From an uncultured Gammaproteobacteria bacterium (GTDB taxonomy: Bacteria > Pseudomonadota > Gammaproteobacteria > DRLM01), in the NCBI GenBank assembly GCA_963761035.1, contig CAVXFH010000002.1, forward strand, positions 250,686 through 314,685: 64,000 nt of DNA, read 5' to 3'. The position numbers were made by a program, and so were the translations under genes. Below, piece by piece: positions 12,801 to 21,872 of this stretch; the stretch's first letter is position 1; each line of letters starts with the position of its first letter. The notes beneath the pieces are model-generated. The model had not been told where the DNA came from, did no database searches, and saw nothing but the letters and a program-made list of their open reading frames with translations.

Positions 12801-13647
12801 CGGCGAACTTTTTATTCCAGAGGCCAATCTCCGTCCTCGAGATGTGAGCAACGCGGTGTCGGCATCCGACGATGTCGTAATCCTCGGCGCGGAGGGGCCG
12901 CCTTCCCCCGAGACCCCCTGGCTGATCTACAGCCAGTTACGGGTACGCCTCGGAGATTTCGTCAAATTCAGCGGTTTCGGCCTACAGGGCCTGCTGCGGG
13001 GAGATATCACTTTGGTCGATGCGCCACAACGGCCCACCGTCGCCCGCGGTGAATTGAGTATTATCAACGGCAGGTATCATGCTTACGGCCAAAAACTCGA
13101 AATCGATCGCGGGCGCCTGCTCTTCATCGGCGGTCCGGTGGACAATCCCGGTCTCGATATCCGCGCCGTTAGGAAAATTCAAGATACCGCCACCACTACC
13201 GGTATCACCGCTGGCATTCTGGTGCGCGGCACGATCAAGTCGCCGCAAGTACAATTATTTTCCGATCCGACCATGGCGGATACCGACGCTCTCTCCTATC
13301 TGTTGACCGGACGACCCATTAACCAGGCTACATCCAGCCAAGGTCAGCAACTCTACGGCGCCGCCTTGTCGTTAGGTCTGGCGAGCGGCGGGCTGCTCGC
13401 CAATCAAATCGGCCAACATTTCGGCATCGATGAATTGACCGTCGAGTCGGGCGGCAATTTCGGCGGCGGCGCCCTGGTCATCCGCCATTATCTCTCCCCC
13501 AAACTATATATCAGTTATGGCGTGGGCCTAGTGGACCGCGCCAATATCTTCCTCATGCGGTATCAAATCAGCCGTCACTGGTTCTTGGAGGCGGGAAGCG
13601 GCGTGCAAAGTAGCGCGGATATCGTGTATACATTGGAGAGAAAGTAA
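9865..13647 (+). CDS. tamB: Translocation and assembly module inner-membrane subunit TamB
   Basis: 1260 aa with an N-terminal membrane anchor (FFAVLLTLLAALLVFAVYLL) and a long beta-rich body. The C-terminal region (LSYLLTGRP ... LSPKLYISYGVGL ... RYQISRHWFLEA) is typical of TamB/DUF490. Translationally coupled to tamA. Confidence 0.85.
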   Translation: MNVIGRFFAVLLTLLAALLVFAVYLLHSPHGLEWGYRFATILVPGELTIDHLEGQLRGPLRLRGVHYRNDNLDLRLTQLDLRWQPGALVEGRLQIDTVVVTGLHIVTEPSTAKTNSLPDIHLPIEVKIEQAAVHDLSVAARGKGAPFTLTDATLSQAEFKRHRLQLQRLAVSGPHYQLTAKGNVTPRRAYPLDLDIQWSADGGKYGILAGQAHLSGDLQQLKIHHQLSSPVRAELNGTVADVLTDLRWQAELRVPEIKLQTLRAQWPALTLGGTVHGNGTMQRLQVEGELHSHYRALDADHRFALAYEKDTLQLSRFDTTLAKTSARIALRGTIADLAKLPRVDIDGTWQNLSWPLQEPFAIRSTKGHFSLAGTFDHYHIQADGDLAGHQIPASTWSLNADGTPQNLTVTKIEGKFLDGTMMGNGKLVLQPQLAWEATIHGNDLDPGVQWPAWPGRLAFSAHSSGNIKDGITHAQIGISNVRGDLKNFPIDGDGAIHIDGDRFVLSEIRIDSGGNRFTASGSLQDTWLGQWQITATDLAQLLPGSAGRLQGSGGISGPRDSPILTASLIGQKLNFADKHLGEIDLVMAMDTRGRLPSIIQIEAYDAAFGNMRMERIRLYGDGNAQHHRLRLFASAAPGKAAITINGSYQKQQWAGSIDKIDIESPVAGRWQLAEPAKAILDQFTAHLDTLCLQQAKARFCTEMQWATQSGWNTQASLRGLPLNFIKDWMPSGTALAGSLDADIQADNAAGLIKGKVDARLNAGVAHPAIPGNGETSSSIIYHRAHLTMILDDQNLATQLQAGLADGGSIQGNLTIKRNALPAPLGMGQSDLDKSLAGQLHGDIKELSLLPALIPGMEHTQGHLSALLTTAGSLDKPQIIGELRLENGSATIPDLGINLEEITLVAHGDEQDHLRLDLQLRSKGGTLRLGGDLRFDKASGLNIQAQLTGDKAEIVNMPEYHILASPNIHLSVQGHRIDLDGELFIPEANLRPRDVSNAVSASDDVVILGAEGPPSPETPWLIYSQLRVRLGDFVKFSGFGLQGLLRGDITLVDAPQRPTVARGELSIINGRYHAYGQKLEIDRGRLLFIGGPVDNPGLDIRAVRKIQDTATTTGITAGILVRGTIKSPQVQLFSDPTMADTDALSYLLTGRPINQATSSQGQQLYGAALSLGLASGGLLANQIGQHFGIDELTVESGGNFGGGALVIRHYLSPKLYISYGVGLVDRANIFLMRYQISRHWFLEAGSGVQSSADIVYTLERK

Positions 13648-13733
13648 AAATCTTTATTTCCAGGCGCCGGCCAACTGGAACGCATGCGCTGAAAATGGGT
13701 ATTATGGGCAGCCAGATAACAAGGGGAGCACCG

Positions 13734-15026
13734 ATGCAAAATGCACACGTTTCATCCCAATCCATCGACACATGGTCCTTCGCCTGCCATCTCACGGCGG
13801 GAGAGCAAGGACGACTGGTATTGGTTCAGCATAGCCGAGGCAACACCCGTGTTATTCCCGTGGAAAGCGCCCCGGCCAGCGGCTTGGACGAACCGCGCCG
13901 GCCGGTATTGATCGGCATGCAGAACGATCAGACCGTGCTGGTGATGGACCCCGTGAATAAGCAGGTGCAGCGTCTTACCCGCTTGCCGATTGATACCCGC
14001 CCCGACTATGCCTATCTCGATAGCGACGGCGGCACATATTGGTTGGTGAGCGACGGCGACAAGGACAGCGGCGCCGACGCGCTGACTTGCGGCGGCTCCG
14101 GTTCGCCGGTGACCGCAATCAAAACTAGTCCCGTACACGGCGCGGAGATCATCAAGACGCTGTGCGTCGGCCGCGGCCATCATGTCACGGTTTTCACCGC
14201 ACCGACCGCACAGGCACCGCAGGTACCGCGCCGCGCTTTTTCCAGCAATCTCAACGACGGCACTATCTCGGTGATCGGCAACGACCCCAAGGATACGGCC
14301 ACGTATTTGAAAATTCTTTCTACAATCAATCTCTGCGATGCGCGTCATGAGGATGGTAAGCGGGAAACCGTCCCCAACAACGCCTTTCCCCACGGTATGG
14401 CCTATTCGCCGCTCACCGGCAAGGTCTACAACATGAACAACGGTTACGGCACGGTAGTCGTGATTGATCCGGTTAAGAACACCATCGAAGCCAGCGTCGC
14501 CATGAAGACCAGCAGCAACCTGCTACTCGATCCCGCCGGCCGTTTCCTGGTCGGCAAGGGCGTAGACCGCAAGAGCAATCCCGAGCATGTGATCGGCCGG
14601 TTATCAGTGATGGACGGGGTGAGCAACACTCTGGTCAAAGTCATCGATCTGCCGGACGTGTATCCCAGCGTCTACCGCTTCAGCGCAGACGGGAAAAAAC
14701 TGTACGTGACCACCGCCGCCACCGGCAAAGGCAGACAAAAAGAGAATCTGAAAATGAATACCTTGCTGGTATTCGACAGCTCGGCCTTACCCGAGTTGCG
14801 CCTAATCAATGAAGTGCAAGTGGGGCTCGCCGATTGCAGCCGCCGCCCCATCGCCTTCATCGCCGGAGGCGGAACCGGATGGACCTTCGTGCCCAATCCC
14901 ACCGATGGTACGCTGTCGATCCTGGACGGCGCTACGGATACCGTGAAAGAGACCATAAACTTGGGCGCCGCCAACCTGACTGAGGTCAACTTCTCCTTCT
15001 GGAAGGGTCTTAGTTACGGCGCGTAG
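13734..15026 (+). CDS. YVTN-type beta-propeller repeat protein, no signal peptide (paralog 1)
   Basis: Start at ATG 13734 after AAGGGGAG. Repeated DGT(I/L)SV(I/L)D / YGTVVVIDP motifs typical of YVTN propeller blades. Clearly homologous over its full length to the protein at 28869-30098. Function unknown. Confidence 0.7.
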   Translation: MQNAHVSSQSIDTWSFACHLTAGEQGRLVLVQHSRGNTRVIPVESAPASGLDEPRRPVLIGMQNDQTVLVMDPVNKQVQRLTRLPIDTRPDYAYLDSDGGTYWLVSDGDKDSGADALTCGGSGSPVTAIKTSPVHGAEIIKTLCVGRGHHVTVFTAPTAQAPQVPRRAFSSNLNDGTISVIGNDPKDTATYLKILSTINLCDARHEDGKRETVPNNAFPHGMAYSPLTGKVYNMNNGYGTVVVIDPVKNTIEASVAMKTSSNLLLDPAGRFLVGKGVDRKSNPEHVIGRLSVMDGVSNTLVKVIDLPDVYPSVYRFSADGKKLYVTTAATGKGRQKENLKMNTLLVFDSSALPELRLINEVQVGLADCSRRPIAFIAGGGTGWTFVPNPTDGTLSILDGATDTVKETINLGAANLTEVNFSFWKGLSYGA

Positions 15027-15049
15027 GATTTCCATGCGGACAAGCTTGT

Positions 15050-15616
15050 CTACTCCACGTAGTGGTGCTTTCCCATTATCTTCACCGTACTCGCCTGCGG
15101 ACCGCGATCGCCTTGCTCCTCGGCAAACGACACCTCCGTGCCGATCTCCAGTTTTTCGAAGGCCCCGTTGAGAATGCTGTTACGGTTAAAATAGATCTCG
15201 CGATTATCCGGCGTCTCGATACTGCCGTACCCTTCCTCGATAAATAATCGCGATATATGTCCATGCGGAGGCATGGCATGGGTCTTGACCTCCCGCCGCC
15301 GTTGCCGCGCATAATTTTCCAGTTGGCGGCGGGCGGCGTCGAAGGCGTCGCGTATCGCAACATAGACATCGGTATGAGAGTGATGCTCGTGCGCTTCGCG
15401 ACTCACCACGAGTTCATTACCGGGAACAGTGAGATCGACACGCACATGATAGAGATTGCCAACTTGATGATGCCGATGCCGGGCCTCTACCATCACTCGA
15501 CAGCTCATAATCTGAGCGCTTATCTGATCCAACTTCCCGGCCCTGTCTTCGATATTTGTCTTCATAGCCTCGGAACCTTCCATATTTCGGAAGGTGATCT
15601 GTAGCGGCAGTTTCAT
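15050..15616 (-). CDS. HPF/RaiA (ribosome hibernation, S30AE) domain fused to a C-terminal cold-shock-like domain
   Basis: N-terminus MKLPLQITFRNMEGSEAMKTNIEDRAGKLDQ ... YHVRVDLTVPG is HPF/YfiA-like. C-terminus GHISRLFIEEGYGSIETPDNREIYFNRNSILNGAFEKLEIGTEVSFAEEQGDRGPQASTV aligns with the CspA-family protein in this same window ([15 protein letters not shown]...DVFVHFRAI...[20 protein letters not shown]). Confidence 0.7.
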   Translation of the reverse strand: MKLPLQITFRNMEGSEAMKTNIEDRAGKLDQISAQIMSCRVMVEARHRHHQVGNLYHVRVDLTVPGNELVVSREAHEHHSHTDVYVAIRDAFDAARRQLENYARQRRREVKTHAMPPHGHISRLFIEEGYGSIETPDNREIYFNRNSILNGAFEKLEIGTEVSFAEEQGDRGPQASTVKIMGKHHYVE

Positions 15617-15843
15617 AAACACCCCCATTTCCCGGAACATTGTTAATCATAAACTATTTACCGTTTTTCCGGTTTTCTACCAAAACCCCCGGCCGAATCC
15701 CGATTAACTCCCAATCCGGATATTATCCTTAATCGCACCGGTCAATCATGAATTGTATGCCCGGCGACAAGACGTTACTCTATACTTGGAACGGAGGCGC
15801 GACAGCCCGACAAAATTGTCTTGTGATCCTAGGGAGACCACCA

Positions 15844-16050
15844 ATGACCGATAAAGTTTACAAACTGCTTGAGATAGTGGGTACCTCCACCAAGAGCTAC
15901 GACGATGCGGTTCAAAATGCCATCGGCCGCGCCGCGCAAACCATACGCAATATGGATTGGTTCGAAGTGACAGAGAATCGCGGCAATATCAAAGATGGCA
16001 AGATTGCGTCTTACCAGGTGACGCTGAAAATCGGGTTTAAGCTGGAATAG
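15844..16050 (+). CDS. Dodecin family flavin-binding protein
   Basis: MTDKVYKLLEIVGTSTKSYDDAVQNAIGRAAQTIRNMDWFEVTENRGNIKDGKIASYQVTLKIGFKLE. 68 aa, textbook dodecin pattern. ATG 15844 preceded by GGGAGA; the longer track ORF start is unlikely. Confidence 0.8.
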   Translation: MTDKVYKLLEIVGTSTKSYDDAVQNAIGRAAQTIRNMDWFEVTENRGNIKDGKIASYQVTLKIGFKLE

Positions 16051-16068
16051 CGCCTCCGCATACCCAAG

Positions 16069-16377
16069 TCATCCGAAGTGGCAAAGATAATCCACTAATT
16101 CCGTCACTTCGATTTCAAAATGGGAGTTTCCGGGGATATGAAAAGTTTCGCCCGCCGCGTACTCACGCCATTCGGACTCATCCCCGATCCGCACCCTGCA
16201 ACGTCCTTGGGTCACATCGATGATCTCCTGAGCTTCGGTGCTGAACCGATAGACGCCGGGCAGCATAATCCCCAGGGTCTTCATCTCGCCGTCCGAAGTA
16301 ATGACGGAACGGCTGGTTACCTGGCCGCCGTGATAGACATTGGCCCGCTTCTTCACTACCGCATTTCTGAATTCCAT
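16069..16377 (-). CDS. ppnP: Pyrimidine/purine nucleoside phosphorylase PpnP (UPF0345/DUF1255 cupin)
   Basis: 102 aa, ANVYHGGQVTSRSV...GEMKTLGIMLPGVYRFSTEAQEIIDVTQG...FHIPGNSHFEIEV matches the YaiE/PpnP family. Confidence 0.8.
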   Translation of the reverse strand: MEFRNAVVKKRANVYHGGQVTSRSVITSDGEMKTLGIMLPGVYRFSTEAQEIIDVTQGRCRVRIGDESEWREYAAGETFHIPGNSHFEIEVTELVDYLCHFG

Positions 16378-16716
16378 TACCCGGCCCCTTCATCAATACG
16401 TTGAACCCGGCCATTGACGCTTGAATGATCCTGAGGGAGAATTTTGCGACCGCCCCAGTAACGCAGCATACCTAGTATTGGCCGCGACGACCACTCGGCC
16501 CATCCGCTTAGCAAACTGGGTTTTTTGGAATATACCGCCGCGAGATAACGCTACAATCGAGGCCGGTTTTCCGCTTGGGAAAAGCCTAAAAAATGATTAC
16601 ACTTAGCCCAAAGAAGTCGAAACATATACCTATTTAATATAGGTGTATTTAGGTAGAGAACGCCAAGGGCCTTCTAGGCTAAGCAAGTTAGATACTCAAC
16701 GGGAGCATCGAACATC

Positions 16717-16854
16717 ATGAGTCATTATCATCAGAGAGAAGTTAAGGATTTATACCGCCCCAAAGATATCATCTTCGTGGTAATTGGCCTCATCTGCACT
16801 ATCACCGCCGCCTTAATGCTATCCCGAGCCTTCACCGGCTGGGCGGGCATTTAA
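16717..16854 (+). CDS. Small single-pass membrane protein, 45 aa (below ORF-track cutoff)
   Basis: ATG 16717 preceded by GGGAG at 16701-16705. MSHYHQREVKDLYRPKDIIFVVIGLICTITAALMLSRAFTGWAGI* has a polar N-terminus and one hydrophobic helix. No homology claim possible. Confidence 0.4.
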   Translation: MSHYHQREVKDLYRPKDIIFVVIGLICTITAALMLSRAFTGWAGI

Positions 16855-16953
16855 TTCCCAGTAGAACCCCGGCGGATTTATCACGCCTCCGCCGGGGAAG
16901 TACTTCTCTTCATTCAGGGTGCATTCAGCCGCGGTACATCTCACTGCTGCCGC

Positions 16954-17391
16954 CTACAAATAGCCGCGTACCCAGCTCAATAACGGCGTTAACTGCATAG
17001 CTCCGGCCTGGCGGGCAATCTCTTGACCCTTCTTCACAATTACCAGGGTCGGGATACTACGAATGGCAAAATCCGCCGCAATGGCTTGTTCCAACTCCGT
17101 ATTGACCTTGGCAAGGCGGACAGCGGGCTCCAACTGTTGCGCCGCCTGTGCAAATACCGGCGCCATCATACGGCAGGGACCGCACCAAGGCGCCCAGAAA
17201 TCCACGACCAACGGGATATCATCAGTGTGCCGCACATGCCGCTGAAAGTTACTGCTCGTTAACTCCAGCGGCTGCCCGGTGAACAAGGCCTGTTTACAGC
17301 GCCCGCATTTCGCGGCTTGCTGTATCTTGGCCGCGGGCAGCCGGTTTATTACATCACAGTGGGGACAAACGATCTGAGTGCTGTCAGCCAT
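16954..17391 (-). CDS. trxC: Thioredoxin 2 (N-terminal zinc-finger thioredoxin)
   Basis: MADSTQIVCPHCDVINRLPAAKIQQAAKCGRCKQALF (CxxC...CxxC zinc finger) followed by VVDFWAPWCGPCRMMAP (WCGPC active site). Start at ATG 17391 after AGGGA. Confidence 0.9.
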   Translation of the reverse strand: MADSTQIVCPHCDVINRLPAAKIQQAAKCGRCKQALFTGQPLELTSSNFQRHVRHTDDIPLVVDFWAPWCGPCRMMAPVFAQAAQQLEPAVRLAKVNTELEQAIAADFAIRSIPTLVIVKKGQEIARQAGAMQLTPLLSWVRGYL

Positions 17392-17629
17392 AGTTTCCCT
17401 GCCTATTGAGCAATTATTACTAGAGATTGGGATCGGCACTCAAATTACAAGGCCGGCGCGGAGACGGCGAGCGCCAGCAATGGCGGATAAGGCTACCGGC
17501 AGCGCGTCGAAAATCAACAGAGGCAGCGCTATGATTACACCTATCGCGGCGGGAAAGGCCTTCATATCGATGTGCATTATTTCAAGATACGCCTAAACCC
17601 TATTCAGGCCTTCGGTCAGGAGCATGCCG

Positions 17630-17959
17630 TCAGCCGCGGGCAACCCAACCGCCGGAGAAATTCTTGAGGTCCTCATCCTTGAGGCGACCACCGGCCGTCA
17701 TATTTTCCAATAACTCGCGGGTGATCTCTTGGGAACTATTTTCGCTATCGCGGTAATCCCACAATCCGTGGATACACAGCTCAAACAAAGTAACCATAAT
17801 ATCATCGAGGCGAATGGCATAGTGTTGCGCGAGGCGCTGAAAATCACGAAGGTAAAGGGGCCTGCCCAGTTTTAGATACTCTTCCTTGAGCAAGGACTCC
17901 AAGGCCACATCCCATTTAGGAATCTGAATCGGCTCTCCTGATGGCGTTTCATTTACCAT
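17630..17959 (-). CDS. Hypothetical protein, 109 aa
   Basis: Clean ORF in an otherwise non-coding gap, with host-like composition. No motif recognised. Confidence 0.5.
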   Translation of the reverse strand: MVNETPSGEPIQIPKWDVALESLLKEEYLKLGRPLYLRDFQRLAQHYAIRLDDIMVTLFELCIHGLWDYRDSENSSQEITRELLENMTAGGRLKDEDLKNFSGGWVARG

Positions 17960-18050
17960 TGCAACTTACCTCCGAGCATAATAGTTCATGGCTATGAGCC
18001 TTTAAGTATATTCCGCAGCAGTGCCGTCACCGCAGTATAGCCGGTAAAGC

Positions 18051-19058
18051 TCAGCGTTTTTCGACCTGATAACCCTTGGATTTGAGCAATGCTACGATGC
18101 CATTTTCGCCGACAAAGTGCGCCGCCCCGAGTATTACAAAATAAGTACCGCCATGATCGAGTAATTTGTCCAACTTTTCGGTCATCGCGGTATTGCGATC
18201 CGCGATCAGTACTTGGTACATATGCTCGCTGAACTGATCGCCGCTGCGTAATTCTTCGTTCATCAGGCTATCTATCTTGCGCGCATCTCCCTTGCGCCAT
18301 GCCCGCACTGTTTCGTCCAGGAATGTCCGCCCTTTTTCAATATCGTCAAATGTTTCTTTCAACATCGCTTCCTGCTCGGCATTGGAAAAGCCGTCGAGAA
18401 AATCCAATTGCTGTTGAAGCGTTTCAAGCCCGATAATGGGCTTCTTGTCGTGAGCGAGCTTCATAAAGTGATTGTCTATTCCCAGTTCTTCACTGAAGCC
18501 GAATGAGCGCAAGGCCAGGCTGGTCAACGTCATGGACGCAAACCATGGCTTCTGCTTTTCCAGCGTCTGAGCCGAAGCGCCGAATCTTTTCATTACGCGT
18601 TCGAGGTCTTGCCATGTCTTCGGCGTAATCGCCTTGGAAAGGGTCATCCCGTCGGCAAACATGGCCTTGGCTGCCACGATCCGGGCCATCTGCGCCGGAT
18701 CGAGCGCCGTTAGATCGGTTTCAACCACCAGCTCCTGCGAGTTCTGATAGGCTTGGGTCATTTCCGCCGGCAAGGGATACATGGCCGGCGTGCCGAAGTG
18801 AATTGATCCCACCAAATAGGCGATTCCGCGGCGACCTACCACCTTCCACAGCAAATGATGTCCCGCTATTGCAGCCGTGCCGCTTTGAGCCTCGGCGCCA
18901 TGTGCGACCGCTTCCGGACCGCAGGCGCGATCCTGGATCGTTGGATTCCCGGCGACATCCGTACATTTATAGACCGCCGCATCCGCCGTGACGGCGGCCA
19001 GCAGCATCATGACTAACGATGCCCACAACTTCAGGCCTACATGCTTCATCATGATCAT
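18051..19058 (-). CDS. TraB/GumN family protein (secreted)
   Basis: HLLWKVVGRRGIAYLVGSIHFGTPAMYPLP is the family signature. Start moved to MIMMKHVGLKLWASLVMMLLAAVTADA (signal peptide), because the 5-prime extension of the track ORF overlaps rimO. Confidence 0.75.
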   Translation of the reverse strand: MIMMKHVGLKLWASLVMMLLAAVTADAAVYKCTDVAGNPTIQDRACGPEAVAHGAEAQSGTAAIAGHHLLWKVVGRRGIAYLVGSIHFGTPAMYPLPAEMTQAYQNSQELVVETDLTALDPAQMARIVAAKAMFADGMTLSKAITPKTWQDLERVMKRFGASAQTLEKQKPWFASMTLTSLALRSFGFSEELGIDNHFMKLAHDKKPIIGLETLQQQLDFLDGFSNAEQEAMLKETFDDIEKGRTFLDETVRAWRKGDARKIDSLMNEELRSGDQFSEHMYQVLIADRNTAMTEKLDKLLDHGGTYFVILGAAHFVGENGIVALLKSKGYQVEKR

Positions 19059-19258
19059 TTTCCCAAGGCGTAACTTTCTCTGAAACCGGCCCCGTTTCAT
19101 GGGTGCACTCACTTTTATGCCTTCGCTGCGGCTGGGAGACAAACGCATTCGATCGACGCTCATCGCCGCCTCAGCAAAGACTATCCCGTACTTGCCGAAT
19201 ACGCGCAATCCCTTTAGCATTGGCGCCCTAATCGTGATCCGCACACCCTGATAAATGC

Positions 19259-20599
19259 ATGGCACGCAAACCCGCCCTTAGCGATTCCAAGAAAGTCGGC
19301 TTCGTCAGCCTGGGATGTCCCAAGGCCCTGGTCGATTCCGAACGGATCATCACGCAATTGCGCGCCGAGGGTTATATTATCAGTCCCACTTACCAGGATG
19401 CCGACTTAGTCGTCGTCAATACCTGCGGCTTCATCAATGCCGCCGTGGCTGAATCCCTGGACGCCATTGGCGAGGCCTTGGCGGAAAACGGCAAGGTGAT
19501 CGTCACCGGCTGCTTGGGCGCCAAGGGCAATATCGTCAAGGACACTCACCCCAAAGTATTAGCGGTAACCGGGCCGCATGCTTTACAAGATGTCATGTCG
19601 GCAGTGCATAAGTATCTGCCGCCGGCCCACGATCCTTATACCAGCTTGATTCCGCCCCAGGGCGTCAAGCTCACTCCCAAGCACTACGCTTATCTGAAAA
19701 TTTCAGAAGGTTGCAACCACCGCTGCAGCTTTTGCATCATCCCGTCATTGCGCGGCGACTTGGTGAGCCGCCCGATCGGCGACGTGCTGCAAGAAGCGGA
19801 GAATCTGGTAAAGGCCGGCGTGAAGGAGCTGCTGGTCATTTCGCAGGATACCAGCGCCTACGGAATCGATATCCGCTATCACATAGGCTTTTGGCGCGGC
19901 CAGCCGGTCAAAACCCGGTTCGTCGACTTGGCGCGGGCCTTGGGGGAATTAGGCGTGTGGATTCGATTACATTATATCTATCCCTATCCTCACGTGGACG
20001 AGGTAATTCCACTCATGGCGGCGGGTAAGATACTGCCGTACTTGGACATCCCCTTCCAGCACGCCAGTCCGCGCATCTTGAAGGCCATGCGCCGCCCCGC
20101 CGCCGCGGAAAATACCTTGCAACGTATCCGGCAATGGCGCGATCAATGTCCGAATATCAGGCTGCGCAGTACCTTTATCGTAGGATTCCCCGGAGAAACC
20201 GAGCAGGACTTCCAACAGCTTTTGGATTTTTTAGACGAGGCGCAACTGGATCGGGTCGGCTGCTTCAGCTATTCGCCGGTAGAGGGCGCCGCCGCCAATC
20301 TGTTGGCCTATCCCGTAGCGGAGGAAATAAAACAAGAACGCTTGGCACGTTTCATGGCCGCGCAAAGCGCCATCAGCGCGGCCAAGCTGCGCAACCGCAT
20401 CGGCCAACGCCTGACGGTGTTGGTGGATGAAGCCGCCGACGAAGGTATCGTTGCCCGCAGCGCGGGTGACGCCCCGGAAATCGATGGAGCGGTTCTCATT
20501 AGTAAGGCTAACCACGTTAACGCCGGCGCTTTCATTGAAGTTGAGATCACGGATGCCGATGAACACGATCTCTACGGGCGTATGATACAACGCTCCTGA
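19259..20599 (+). CDS. rimO: Ribosomal protein S12 methylthiotransferase RimO (radical SAM MTTase)
   Basis: 446 aa, [16 protein letters not shown] (UPF0004 domain), [14 protein letters not shown] radical-SAM motif, C-terminal TRAM region. Confidence 0.95.
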   Translation: MARKPALSDSKKVGFVSLGCPKALVDSERIITQLRAEGYIISPTYQDADLVVVNTCGFINAAVAESLDAIGEALAENGKVIVTGCLGAKGNIVKDTHPKVLAVTGPHALQDVMSAVHKYLPPAHDPYTSLIPPQGVKLTPKHYAYLKISEGCNHRCSFCIIPSLRGDLVSRPIGDVLQEAENLVKAGVKELLVISQDTSAYGIDIRYHIGFWRGQPVKTRFVDLARALGELGVWIRLHYIYPYPHVDEVIPLMAAGKILPYLDIPFQHASPRILKAMRRPAAAENTLQRIRQWRDQCPNIRLRSTFIVGFPGETEQDFQQLLDFLDEAQLDRVGCFSYSPVEGAAANLLAYPVAEEIKQERLARFMAAQSAISAAKLRNRIGQRLTVLVDEAADEGIVARSAGDAPEIDGAVLISKANHVNAGAFIEVEITDADEHDLYGRMIQRS

Positions 20600-20650
20600 T
20601 CCGCATAGGGAGGGCGCCTCCGCCGCTCCCAACGACCTTAACCTCAAGAC

Positions 20651-20842
20651 TTAGCAATAGTTCATCGCATACTCATGCTCGTCCGACATCCGGCAAGGCT
20701 GCCGTTGCTCACTATAACGCCGGAACTCGCTGATCAATGCGGTCAGCTTCGCCTGAGTATGATCCGCGGGATTGTGGACAAACTGGGCGATATGGCGGTA
20801 AAGCTCGTGTCTCCACCAGTCGATAGATGACTCCTTATTCAT
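20651..20842 (-). CDS. Hypothetical protein, 63 aa
   Basis: Isolated ORF between rimO and the pseudouridine synthase gene. No recognisable motif. Confidence 0.35.
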   Translation of the reverse strand: MNKESSIDWWRHELYRHIAQFVHNPADHTQAKLTALISEFRRYSEQRQPCRMSDEHEYAMNYC

Positions 20843-20913
20843 GACGTTCTCCCCATTTTGGGTTTCACCCTCAGCGTGGGCGAGTCCTATTTAATACCAT
20901 TTTCATGACATTT

Positions 20914-21759
20914 TTATAACCGGCAACCAAAACTTTCATGAACTGCATAGCGCAACGTTTCGCCGCCGAATGGACAACGAAAACGCAAGCCCACCGCGGC
21001 CAGCCGCAAGCCTTCGTTATTTTTATTGCCCGCGCCATACTTTGGATCGCCAATCGCCGGATGCCCGCATAACGCCAAATGACGGCGGATTTGATGAAAA
21101 CGTCCGGTTTCAATCATCACATCCAGCGTCGTCACATCGGAAGCCGCGTGGTAATCCGCTACCGTATAACGGGTCAAAGCACGCTTGCCGTCCAGCGGCA
21201 GATCGATCACCCCCCGTGTCTCTCCCATTGCGCCGCGCACCTGCACCCGGTAATGCTTGCTTATCCCGTTATCGCGAAATAACGCCGACAAGCGCGCAGC
21301 GGCTTGCCGATCATGCGCCACCAGCATCAAGCCTTCGGCTTCGCGGTCGAGGCGATGTACCAGGAATACCTGGCGTTGCGGACGAAAATGGATCTCGACT
21401 TGGCGCAGCAAGGCACAATGATCGCCGTAGTCCGTGCCCTGGGCCATCATCCCCGCCGGCTTGAACCACACGCTGTACCGTCGGCGGTCGTCCACGCAGC
21501 GGGCTTCCATCGGTCTGATGGCCAATAAGGCTGGGTCAAAATACAACTCCAAGGTATCGCCGACCCGAGGAATGGCAGTCGCTCTGCGCAGACGCCGCCG
21601 TTTTCCGCCCTTATTGCTGATCCATACCGCGCCCTTAATCATGGCATCCTTGATCCTGCCCTTGGAAAGGCCGGTGGAATCGGCAAGGTAGTGGCAGATA
21701 GTATGCGGCGTTATGGCCTCTAGCGTTCGTTTGAAAAAAATAGGCCTCGTATCGATCAT
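20914..21759 (-). CDS. RluA-family RNA pseudouridine synthase
   Basis: VHRLDREAEGLMLVAHD (catalytic Asp motif), ETGRFHQIRRHLA, S4-like N-terminal segment. Exact RNA target not assignable. Confidence 0.8.
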   Translation of the reverse strand: MIDTRPIFFKRTLEAITPHTICHYLADSTGLSKGRIKDAMIKGAVWISNKGGKRRRLRRATAIPRVGDTLELYFDPALLAIRPMEARCVDDRRRYSVWFKPAGMMAQGTDYGDHCALLRQVEIHFRPQRQVFLVHRLDREAEGLMLVAHDRQAAARLSALFRDNGISKHYRVQVRGAMGETRGVIDLPLDGKRALTRYTVADYHAASDVTTLDVMIETGRFHQIRRHLALCGHPAIGDPKYGAGNKNNEGLRLAAVGLRFRCPFGGETLRYAVHESFGCRL

Positions 21760-21872
21760 ATCGCGACTTTAATCAGACATCATGCCGATATCGGTCAATG
21801 CCAGGGTTGAAACAGATAGCAGCCGCCTTCATATGCGGAACTAACCCAGTCACATTCTGCTTAAGGATCATC

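Noticed and set aside
13676-13690. Sigma-54-like sequence TGGAACGCATGCGCT upstream of propeller paralog 1
   Set aside because: The GG and GC elements are one nucleotide off the canonical spacing (TGGCAC-N5-TTGC) and the -12 element is poor.
13752-14393. 213-aa - strand ORF inside the propeller gene
   Set aside because: Antisense shadow. The + strand frame is supported by its paralog elsewhere in the window.
19059-19265. 69-codon N-terminal extension of the TraB/GumN track ORF
   Set aside because: It overlaps the divergent rimO start and precedes an obvious signal peptide, so the internal Met at 19058 is the more plausible start.
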